From positions 124,001 to 188,000 of the forward strand of contig MCFH01000036.1 in NCBI GenBank assembly GCA_002104945.1: a stretch of 64,000 bases of DNA, given 5' to 3'. A program made the position numbers and the translations under genes. A model generated the notes under the pieces. The model was given only the letters and a program-made list of their open reading frames with translations, had not been told where the DNA came from and made no database searches. Positions 52,695-64,000 of the stretch are shown piece by piece. Source of the stretch: Piromyces finnis finn. Its lineage: Eukaryota > Fungi > Neocallimastigomycota. Within the stretch, counting starts at the first letter, position 1, and every line of letters begins with the position of its first letter.

Positions 52695-54440
52695 AAAGTG
52701 ATGAATATTTATTATAAAACAAAAATACTATTTTGAAAAAAGTATTTTTTTCAAGTGTTAAAAATAAAAATATAATATATTTTTATTATAGTAGTTACCT
52801 TAATCTTAAGGCATGTATCATGGGTGAAAGAGAAATGATGTCTGCACACTCATCCAATATCATCCAAATTAAATAATTCAAGTAGGAACTAAGAATATAC
52901 ATAATCATACTAAATATCATCATAATACAACCCCATGACACTAATTTACTTATAAGATTCAATTTTAAGGTATTATGATGATTTGTAAAATCACCTCTTG
53001 GGATATGAGATTTTAATATATCTATATAATATCTTAAAGATCTTTTTTTTTTTATTATTTTAATCCAAAGGAGAAAATATATATAATGAGGGAAATATAA
53101 TAATCATATTTAAAAAAATATATAATTGATAAATAATTGTGTGTGTGATAATATTTAAAAGGAATATAATTAAAAAAAAAAAAAAAGTAATTCTACTCGA
53201 TAATTGGTTTGGAGGATGTTACTAATATATTCATTACAAAGAAATACATCATTATAATGAATATCAATGTATAAATATTTCTGTCAGATAAAATAAGGGC
53301 AAAGAATGATATACATATGCTTAGATCTAAATAATTGAATAATTAATAGACAAGAAAAAATTTAATATTATTATTAATACTATTATTGTTATTATTATTG
53401 TTATTATTATTATTATTGTTATCTAGGTTTAGAATTAATTATAAAAAAGTAGTGATTTACATGTTGCTGATTTCATATCATTTGGATTTAAATAGACATG
53501 TACTATACCCCATCCTTTCTATATAATATAAATGTTTAATAGAATATATTAATATGAATTCTTTTTTTTTTTCATTATTTATTAGTATGGTTTTATCATT
53601 ATATATTATTAAATAGAGAAAAGGTAATAAAATTCGATATTGAAAATATTACAGATATGAGAATCAAAAATAAACATGAAATAATAGATAGTATAAATTC
53701 AAAAAGTATCCATAAGGACGAATATAATCCACTTGAATAACCTGAATAAATTATTATTATTTTAAAAAATTTATTATTATAAAATAATAAAAAAATTATG
53801 TATATATATATATATATTTTAAGGTATTAGTCAATATTTTGTTTTTTTGTATAGATAATTTTAAAAATGATAAATAGTTAGAGAAAAAGAAAGTCATACC
53901 AGTTGTGCAATAACTGACAAATTCATTATATTTTACTTTTTAAATTTTTTTATCATTTTCAATTATTATAAAAAAAAAAATAAGTTCAAAGTATTTTTTT
54001 TTTACATAGATATATATTTTTTATATTTTCTTGATACATACCAACAGTTACAATTGTCTAATATTCACATCGTCAAATTTTAATATGATAATTTTATTTT
54101 ATAAAACAATATTATATATAAATAAAAATTAATATGATAATTTTTAAAAAATAAGAGATACAAATAGGATAATCATTATATGAATAATAATGAGTTCGTT
54201 ATCAAAATTGGTTTATTCTTTTGGTATTTAATATATTCTTACTTTTATACATAAAACATAGGTGGTTAAGGTGTGTAAATGTAAATTCGAAGATATTTTA
54301 TAGAATCTAAAAAGATTTAATGTCCATATGGCCAAAAAAAATAAATAGAATAATGATATTAAAAAATATAAGGCAGTAACTCCATCACAATTTTTTATAT
54401 CCGCTTCAGAGAATAATTCGAATGTTGAAACAATAAACAT
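52232..54440 (-). CDS. Seven-transmembrane receptor-like protein (GPR180/TMEM145 or Lung-7TM/GOST type); 5' exons unresolved
   Basis: Phase-consistent exons ~54440-54243, 54057-54042, 53935-53900, 53741-53653, 53518-53461, 53326-53197, 53032-52799, 52588-52468 and 52348-52232. Seven hydrophobic segments; LFLILISKGWGIV motif after TM3. Confidence 0.8.
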
Positions 54441-55324
54441 ATTATTTGTTTAATTTTATTTTTCCTTTCCTTTTTTTTTTATAAACTCTGTTGTTATTAC
54501 AAATTAAACCTTTTTTTTCTCTTTTTTATGTCAATACAAAAAGATATTTCTTTCTTTATTTTTCTTTCTATAATTATAATTTAAATATATTTGTATATTA
54601 TATAGGTGTATGTTTAACAATCAAATATATTGTTGGTAAAAAACAATATTTTTTTTAATTTTTTCCAATTTCTTTAAATGGAATACATAATAATGGTCTT
54701 AATAATTTATTTAAAAAAAAAAATAATTATAATACTATAAATCTATAAATTTTCAATTATTTTTATTATGATGAATATAGTTTGGTACTGTCTCAAGTAC
54801 TTTAACTTTTTTTTTTTTTTTTAAATAAAAAAGTAGTCTTTTATACTAAACTTTAAATAGGAAATTTAATTAAAATTTAATATAAATTTGTTTATAATTT
54901 TTTTATTAAAATATTTTTTAAAATATTTTTTTTTAAAAAATTCTTTAAAATTTTTTTATTATTTATTTTATAATGGAAACTATAGTTTTGGTGGGAATTA
55001 AAATAACAAAAAGTATTGAGACATTAAAAAAATGTCAAAAATAATCTTTTTTACCACCATTACTTTTTTATTATCAGATTTCTTTTTTTTAAAATAAAGA
55101 AAAAAAAAATTCAATCCTTAAATAAACTTTAAATTTTATTTTATTCTTTTATTCTTTTAAAAACATAATAAAATTATTTTTAAAAGTTTAAAAAATATTT
55201 ATATTTTATTTATAAATGGTTTATTAATATTTTTTTAAGATATAGGTAAATTTAATTAAAGAAATGTCATTCTATAATTCTGTAAACTTTTTTATATTTT
55301 TTAAAGAGTAGTCGTAGAGATTAA

Positions 55325-55377
<53 letters not shown>

Positions 55378-55518
55378 TAAAATAATATTAATATATAAAA
55401 ATTTTTAATAATAATAATACTAATAAAACTTATATTTTATTATTATTTTTTTAGCCTTTGTACATGATATATTATTATATAGTTATCATCTATAATTATA
55501 TAATATATAATGGTTTTT

Positions 55519-58500
55519 TTACTTATTAAAAGAATTTAAACATTTTACTATGTATTGAGTATTAATATGAAGAGGAGGATTCATAAGTGTATTGTATGAA
55601 TCACTATTTAATGTTGGGAATAACTATAAAGAATATATATATATATAAAAGATAAAAAAAAAGAGTTAAAATATTAGATTTACAATAATATATATTAATA
55701 TATAAATATGATTCTTATAAAAACAATTTTTTATTACAAAAAAAAAACAATTAAATAAAATGAAATATTTTACCTTGACTAATAAATCAGTCATTTTTGA
55801 TGGTGATGCATAATGAATTGCGAATAATATACATACAATATCGATTAAAGAAAAAATATCAGATGATGATGATGTATTATCAATATTATTATCAATATTT
55901 GAAGCAATATATAAAATTATTGGATCTAATTGACAGCACATTACAAATGGTAAATCATCTGGCATTAAATGACTTTTTTCATGAGAGATCTTGTATAAAA
56001 AAAAAATATTATATATATTATATATAATGAATATATGTTAATATTTAATATTTTTTTATTCTAATTTAATAATAATTTTAATAAATAATGGGATTAGAAT
56101 TACCTCTTTTGACTTTTTATATTCTTTACATTGATTAATGAAGGTCTCGTTAAATTGTTTAAATTCTTTTTTCAATTTTTCATATTTTTCTTTTTTAGCT
56201 AAATATACCGGATCAGATTCAATAATTTTATCAATATCAATACTGTTTGTTGAGGAAGTATTTTTTATATCATTATTTATTGAATTTTCTGATTTATTTT
56301 TGTTTTCATTAATATCGCCATTAAAAGAATTTTGATTTTCAATTCCTTCTTCATTATTTGTTCCATCATTCATTGAAATAGGCATGGAGAGTTCCTTTTC
56401 ATTCCTTTTTTTATACTTATCTTTCATTATCTTTAAATCCTTTTTATAATCAAATAATACCATTTTTAAACAACACCATTTATATATGTATTGTTCCATA
56501 TTAGTAATTGGTATAACAAATGGTTGAAGCAAACAATAAATACATAATTTATTTTCGTTTATTAATGATTGATTATCAATTCGTATATATTTATCGACAA
56601 TATATATATGTTCATAATAATCTAATTAAATAATTATTGAGGATAATTTTTTATTGTTAATTGGAATTTACTTAATAAAATGTTTTTTTATTTATAATAT
56701 TTTTAAAAAATAAAAAAAAAAAAAAGAAAAAAGAGAAAAAAAAAGGTGTATTAATAAAATATATATATTTACTATTATTTTTTGCGAGTTTTAAATTCTT
56801 TGATTTAACCAATTTATTATATTCCTCAAGATTATTTATTGTATCTTCCCATTTTTGATTTAAAAAAGAATTTACAACCTTTTTGTTAAAATATGGTCCT
56901 AAAAATCTAATATATTTCTCGGGATCACATGTAAATAATGGTTTGGTATTGGTATGTTGAATGGATAAAGTTGTATTAAATAAATATGTAAAAATAATAC
57001 TATTTCTATTGTTTATATATATATATATAAGAGAGGTATTTTTAATATATTACTAAATTACAAATAAAATATATATATAAAAATTTTAACTTATTTGTTT
57101 ATATACATACGGGAAATGTTCTCTGATGGATTGACAAACTTTAAGTGCCCTTTTACATTTATTAAAGTATACATAGATAACAAATATTAATAATACTGAA
57201 ATAGGAGCTTTATGCTCATTTAATTGTATTATTTCTCCTAAACAATTGATTCCTTTATCCATATTTGGTGTTAAATTTATGGTTTGTAATTCATTTTTAT
57301 TAAGCTAATCATATTAATTTATGAATAAAATATATATATATATTTATATTTACTATATATTTTTATTTTTTATATTTTTTTATGTATATACAATTTAAAT
57401 TTACCAAAAAAGAAAAAATATGGGTAAATCCAATACCAAATACAACACTATATTTTATGGATGATAATATTGATTGTTCTTTTTCTGTTGTACCTATTCT
57501 ATTCATATAATTTTCATTTTGGAATATATTATACAATTTCCATGCTTTTCTTATACGACTTTTTTTTATATAATAAAAAATTAAAAAAATTGTTTTAATA
57601 TTAACTTTTTTTTATTAATATAAAAATTTAATAATTCATTATATAAGTTAAAAATAAAAAACTTACATGACACCTCTAATTTCTTTTCCAATAACAGTTT
57701 CAATAAATCCTCTAATTAAAACAACTTCAGCATAAAATATTTCACAATTCTTAAAAAATAAATATTCATAATAGGATTCATCTTTAGAATTTAACGAAAC
57801 ATTTGCATTTTCTTCATCATTTTCATAATCTGCTAAATTGGTAAAACTTGTGATGTTTGAAAATATGGATGATAATGAAGTATTTTCTGATACTGGCATT
57901 GAATCACTATTCTGTAAATTATATAATGAAGACATAGAATAACTTTTGCTATACAGTTTTTGTGACTATTTTTGTATATATTCGGAAATAAAAAAAAAAA
58001 AATGGGGGGAGATGCGTTATAAAATAATCCAAATTAATATTATTTATTCACCATTACATTCTATACATATCTATATTTATTTAATATAAATTAAAATTTA
58101 CCTTTTTTGTTAGTACATCCATTACACTTTTCTCTGTTGTTTTTAATAATTTTAAGAAATAACTAAAATCAATAATACCATTCAATACAAATTTTATCAA
58201 ATAGATCTTATAAAATAAACATAAAAAAAGTATAGGAATATAACAGGATGAAGTATATATTTATTTAAACTATTAATAAAAATTGAATTCAATCATAATA
58301 TTTATATATATTTATGTACTTCAATTAATGCCATTAAAAGGTATGGTTTTTCCTTATAATTTTCATCACTTCTTATTTGTTCTTCGGCTTCTTCTATACC
58401 ATTTCCCCATATTAAATTTTTTAGATCAGCTAGTATAATTATTATTATTCAAAAAAAAAAAAAAAAAAAAAAGAGTTCTGTTTTAATTATAAAAATAAAA

Positions 58501-60318
58501 AACTTTTTATAAAATGTTTTAATTTTATACAATATATAAATGGATAAATGGATAATAATAGTAAATTACCATCATAATATTGTTCTATTTCATTAATAAT
58601 ACACTGAATTCTTTCATTTTCTAAGAATTAAAATTGTTAAATTCATACATCAGTATAGCAAAAGAAATTAAAAATATAAAAAAGTTGTTATGCTATTAAT
58701 ATTTTGAATACCTTCAATTTTTTTATCATTATCATTATTCTCCTGAAGGAATATTGAATTTATGATTGTAAAAAAAATTAATATATATTAATTTAAATTA
58801 ATTTTAATATTATTATTCTTTATTCTTATTTTTTTCTTCTTTTTTTTTTTTTAGTAAAATTAAAATAATTGAAATTACTTTATTGAAATTTCCAAATGTT
58901 ACAATTGGTAATTGATTATTAATATATTTTTTTTTTCCTTTTTCCTTTTCCTTTTCGATATTTGAAATGTCACTTTTAGAAGAAGATTTACTTTGTTTAT
59001 CTTTTGAAAAGAAATTCAATTCATTAAAGAATGGTGAAATGGGAGAAAAAGAATTTAATGATAAATGATTGGGTAGGGTATTGCATTTACCAGATGAATT
59101 GTGTTGAACATCTTCAATAAATAAATCTGAATCATTTTTCTTTCGTTTAATATCAATACTTTTTGAAACACGATGCTTACATTTAAATGGAGGTTTCTTT
59201 TTTTCATCAGAATCATTTGTTAGAGTATTTGTATTTAACTGAAATTGTTTATTACCAATATTATTAGTTTGTCCAAAAGAATAAAATTGAAAATTTGAAT
59301 CGATAGTAATATGTTTGTTTGTTAAATGAGGTGAATTTTCTGATTGTAAAATACCTTTAGGATTAAAACTATTATTAATAGTAGTACTATTTTCATTTTC
59401 ATTTTCTTCATTATCAATTTCAATATGTACATCTTCAGGTTGATATTCTTCCTCTTCTTCTTCTTCTTCTTCTTCTTCAATTTCTGAATTAATATTACCC
59501 CTATTCTGATTAATTCTGTTTATATTTTCATATAATAGTTGAAAGGATTGGTTTGATATTCTATACCAATAATTACTACCATATTTATAAATTGCAATTA
59601 CATATATTATAAGTTCACACCAGGAAAAAATAAAAGACGAATTGATTAGTAAAATTTGATAAATACTCTTATGTATGGTAATGAAATTATTATCGATAAA
59701 GATGTATATAAAAGTAAACTAAATTTAATGTTTGTATATATTCGTTTATTTGATAATAGAGTATAGGGAATATGGAGCATCCACACATGACATATATTAA
59801 TTAAAATTTTTAATAAATTTATTTGTTAATAATAATAATAAAAGAAAAATGGAAAAATGGAAAAACAAGAAAACTTAGTTATTAGAGTATATAAAAAATA
59901 GAGACTTGTTGATATTAAATAATTATTTCATAAATTATTATCAATAACAACAACAAAAAAAAAACATTTTTTAAAAAAAAAAAAAAAAAGGAAATAAATA
60001 ACTTACAAGTGTTATAATAATAGGTATATGAATTTTTATTAATTCTTTTACATAACAAAAACCAAATAGTAAGGAAACTCTAATAGAACTGATAATTAAA
60101 TAATCATAAAATTTAAGTGGTATTAAATAGTTATTGACAATTGTTAAGTTATTCTTAGTTTTATCGAGATAACTAAGAATATATATTATTAAATGAACTA
60201 TAAAGTCTATTATACTAGTTATTATCATTAATTTAGACCATGTTCGCGGTATATATCTTAAATTTATTGTTGGAGGTGAATTTGAGTGTATTAACGGTGT
60301 TCTTTCTGTTATATCCAT
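55519..60318 (-). CDS. About 1055-aa protein: N-terminal 4TM MENTAL-like module, acidic low-complexity linker, IML2/TTC39-like helical domain; 13 exons
   Basis: Exons 60318-60007, 59718-58879, 58742-58712, 58620-58570, 58429-58320, 58206-58102, 57965-57667, 57558-57405, 57304-57111, 57005-56773, 56621-56104, 55989-55774 and 55623-55519, all phase consistent. Motifs FYDYLIISSIRVSLL and LLINSSFIFSWCELII (MENTAL-like); EIFYAEVVLIRG, GVIRIRKAWKLY, SVVFGIGF and FPNSIIF (IML2/TTC39-like). Confidence 0.8.
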
Positions 60319-61393
60319 TTGTTTTCATTTTATTTTAATCTTTATAATATATATATTACATAAAGAAACAATACGTTTCTCTGTTCGATATTTTTCTTAA
60401 AAGTTTTTTTTTTTTTTTTTTTAATTTTTAAATGATAATAATATAATAAAAAACTATAGATTTTATATAAAAATAATAATTTATTTTATTTGCATAAAGT
60501 ATATATATTATTGTTATTATTTTGATATTTCAAATTAAATAAAGCTAAAGCTATTAATTAAATAATAAAGTTTTTTTAATGTCAACAAAATATTCTATTA
60601 TAAAAAACGATAAAAAAAAAAGTGAAATTTTCAAATTATTCTGTTAATAAATATTAATATTAAAAAAAGATGTATCTTTAAACCTTTTTCAAATATTTTT
60701 TTTTTTTTTTTACTATAATACAAAATATTTTTATGTTTAGTGGGAGGTAAGTATAGAATTTTTTTTTAATGTATCTTTTATAAACTTTAAAATCATAATT
60801 ATGAAAAATAAAAAAAGTCTAAAACTTATATTTTAAATAAAAAAAATAATTTATTAATACCTATTTTATTTATACTTCTTTTAAGCTAAAAATACTTTAA
60901 ATATTTATATAAATATGTAAATTTTATATATTTCTCATTTAATCTACAATGATATTAATAATATAGGTAAATATTAATTAATGAAAAAAAATAAAGTATG
61001 AGAAATGGTTTATAGCTGATAGAACATAAAATGGGATTTACAAAATACTTTTAATATATAAATTTTTATAACCAAAAAATAAGAATAAAAATAAAAAAAA
61101 TAAAAAAAATAAAAAGGATATATGATAATATTCATTTTTAAAATAACATTCTAAATGCTATTACATACTATTAATTTATTATTTTAGATTTATTTATTTT
61201 TTTTTTTTTTTTTAGGTATATTATATGTGTGTATTTAGTGTTTTTATTTTATTTTACTTTTTTTTTTTTTTTTACAACTTCTATTTCAAATAAAAAAATT
61301 AAGATATATTATATATAAAAGAAAAAGATAATAATTTTTTTATTTTTTTTTATTATTATTTATTAAAATCAATGTAATTAATTAATAGAATGA

Positions 61394-62767
61394 TTATAGT
61401 ATTATGCAACCCCCTTTTTTCTTTGTTTTTTTGTAACTCTCAATATATTTTAATTGTTTATTATTAATTGCACCTCTTCTTCTTTCACGAATATAAGAAA
61501 CGGAATCTAATGCATTCATTCCTTCTTCAATCAATGCTACTGCTACTAATACGGGGGCTCTACAAATATCATAGACCATTATTATTAATAGGTTATATAT
61601 ACATTAATTATTATAATCCCCCCTTTTTATCTTTCCAAATCTATAGAGTATTTTAAATATAATAAATTATTGAAAAAAAAAAAACACAAACCTTCCTAAA
61701 CCTGCCACACAATGAATTGCTATACATGGTTTTTTCTCTGTACTCTCTTCATTACTATTAAATACACTTTTAACTAATTCTTTCCATTGTTTAACAATTA
61801 GTGTTGGTGGTGGATCACCTAATTTATTTTGTTGAATTTATTATAATTAAATATTTATTGGTTCATTTTCTCTTACATAATACTATTTATAAATTCAAAA
61901 CTATATTATTAAAAATTACCATCACTAAAAGGCCAGTCCTTTTTTATTATTTTAAAAAAAAAATTTTTTTTCAAGAATTATTCAATAGTAAAGTCATTGA
62001 TTAAAAGTATATTAGTTTAAATAACTTTTATTTAATAATTTTAATCCTAATATACAACACTACTATTTACATGAACTTTAATATTATTTGCTTCTACTTT
62101 TTCTTTAGGATAAGTGGGTTCACATACTCTAACCAAATTTGTTACTCCATTTTTTTTCATTTCCTATTTTGGATAAATTTATAATTAATTAAAAAATAAA
62201 AAAATTTAATATATTTTTAATTCAGGAAAATGTTTTCTTTTTTCTATTTTTTTTTTTAAAAAAAAAAAGGTAATTTTTATATATAAAAAAGAAATTGGAA
62301 ATTTGAATTTTTTTTGAACATAGTCATTAGTCATTATTATGTTCATATTTTTTTGAAAAAAGTATTTATACTATAGAAAGGTAGGAAGAAATAAGGAAGG
62401 AAAATTAATAGATAAAAGTTGAAATAAAAAAAAAAAAAAAAAAAAAAAACTATTAACCTGTATGTATATATCAAGGTTACTATAAAAGAATATTATTTAA
62501 AAATATTGAATTCAATGTTAAAAAGAATAAAAGATTAATCATTTAATTTTTTTTTTCTTTTTTTTTATTTATTTTTAAAAAAAAAAAAAAAAAAAAAATT
62601 GCTGGTAATTGTAATAATATTTATTAAATAGTTGTTTATTATTTATCCAAAAAATATATTTTATTAATTATTAACCTTGTTGATGGTGCATCCATAATTA
62701 AAAATCTCAATGATTTATATTCAATCAAAGAAGGTGGATTTGGTAAAATAATGTTTTGATTGTACAT
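61394..62767 (-). CDS. PTP4A: PRL / PTP4A-family prenylated protein tyrosine phosphatase, 172 aa, 6 exons
   Basis: Exons 62767-62676, 62479-62458, 62163-62071, 61938-61920, 61818-61692 and 61559-61394. [25 protein letters not shown] (WPD-loop equivalent), P-loop [14 protein letters not shown], polybasic tail and CAAX box CIIL. Confidence 0.95.
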
Positions 62768-63709
62768 TGTTAAATATTATAAAAAAAAATCGTCTACTAT
62801 TTCAAACTTGAACTTTAATTAAATTTATTTTCTCTTTACAAAAAGAATTAAAATAAAACAAAAAAGAAAAAAACTAAATTTATTTAATTATCTTTTTTTT
62901 TTTTCTTCTTCTTCTTATTGTTGTAGTCTTTCTGTATTATTTATTTTTCAAACATTTTTTTATTATATATACTTTTTATTGTTTCATATTTGTAATAAGA
63001 ATTGAAAAATCATTTAAAATGTATTCTTCTTCTTTCCAAGAAACAATAAACTGCTGAAATATATCTTTCTCCTTGAACCACCTTTTTTTTTTTTTTTTTA
63101 ACAGTACTTTTTAAAAAAGAAAAAAAAAAACTTTTAAAAAGATGTTAATAATAATACAAAAAAAAAAAAGTAATATTATAAATATTTAATTATTTACTAT
63201 AATATTTTAAATAATTATAATTAATACCAAACTTTAATTATAAAATAAGAATTATTATTAAAAAAGGTTTATTATTATTTTAAAATAAAAAAAAATTTTT
63301 TTGTTTTATACTTGACAGTTAATAGAAGAAAAAGGAAATAATATAATATTTTTATGGGATCTGAAAGTACTTTTAAAAGTCTTCTTTTTTATTTATTATT
63401 ACAATATATATACATATATATATTTAAAAAAAATCATATTATGTTTCTATTCTTATGTCACTTTATTATTGTTTTATAAATGATTATTAAGTTTTCATTA
63501 CATGTTTGGTAAAAATGATTAATTAATAAATTAATACTTTGTACATTGAAATATATATATTTAAATTAAATGGAAAATTAATAATTGAGAGAAGGGGAGT
63601 GTTTATCTAAAATATACTATAATGAATAAATGAAATGAAATGATTAAAATTTTTTCAAAAGATGAATGGATAATTAATGAATTAAATTTCTACTTTGATA
63701 TAAAATCTA

Positions 63710-63903
63710 TTATAAAAATTCATTTTCAATTAATTCTTCTATATCATTAATACGCTTTAAATTAATATATGGTTCATTAATCCAACATGAGGTATATAGC
63801 ATTCCTTCCTTTCTATCGTTTATTTTTAGTAAATTGTTAAATATAGTTTTTTTAAGATTTAATTCTGTTGTATACATTTCTACAATTTCATTTAAAATTG
63901 ATG
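63710..63903 (-). CDS. Probable last exon of a gene that starts beyond the window
   Basis: AG acceptor at 63904-63905, then SILNEIVEMYTTELNLKK...LYTSCWINEPYINLKRINDIEELIENEFL*; protein-like composition, family not recognised. Confidence 0.55.
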
Positions 63904-64000
63904 CTATAATTATTTTAAAATAATTAATCAATTATTATATGATAATATAATAAAATAATTTAAATCTATTATGAAATATATATATTCTTTTTTTTTTTAA

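Noticed and set aside
34278-62767. Apparent signalling gene cluster (cyclase, surface sensor, 7TM protein, PRL)
   Set aside because: Unrelated genes are interspersed and no shared regulatory feature is visible; adjacency alone is not evidence in a eukaryote.

Overview
Eukaryotic, intron-rich and extremely AT-rich DNA with long A/T homopolymers and AAT microsatellites. Composition, intron style, LRR expansion and LINE type suggest an anaerobic gut fungus (Neocallimastigomycota); this is inference. In order: (1) a minus-strand LRR gene with a damaged 5' end that runs off the window; (2) two degenerate APE/RT non-LTR retrotransposons in tandem (3.9-10.5 kb), the second bracketed by a hairpin-rich direct repeat; (3) a single-finger GATA transcription factor; (4) a ~20.7 kb gene-free region with two minisatellites; (5) a 9-exon, ~2785-aa class III cyclase with 6TM-cyclase-6TM-cyclase topology; (6) a type I Ser/Thr-rich membrane protein; (7) two small divergent genes; (8) a 7TM GPR180/TMEM145-like gene; (9) a 13-exon gene joining a MENTAL-like 4TM module to an IML2/TTC39-like domain; (10) a PRL/PTP4A phosphatase; (11) a probable terminal exon at the right edge. 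Strongest leads: the cyclase has adenylyl-specific residues but its C2-like half precedes its C1-like half, the reverse of mammalian tmACs; the MENTAL+IML2/TTC39 fusion; and the structured repeat flanking LINE 2. Gene models were spliced by hand from GT-AG sites and checked for phase. Family assignments come from recalled motifs, not database searches. No tRNA, rRNA or CRISPR array was seen.
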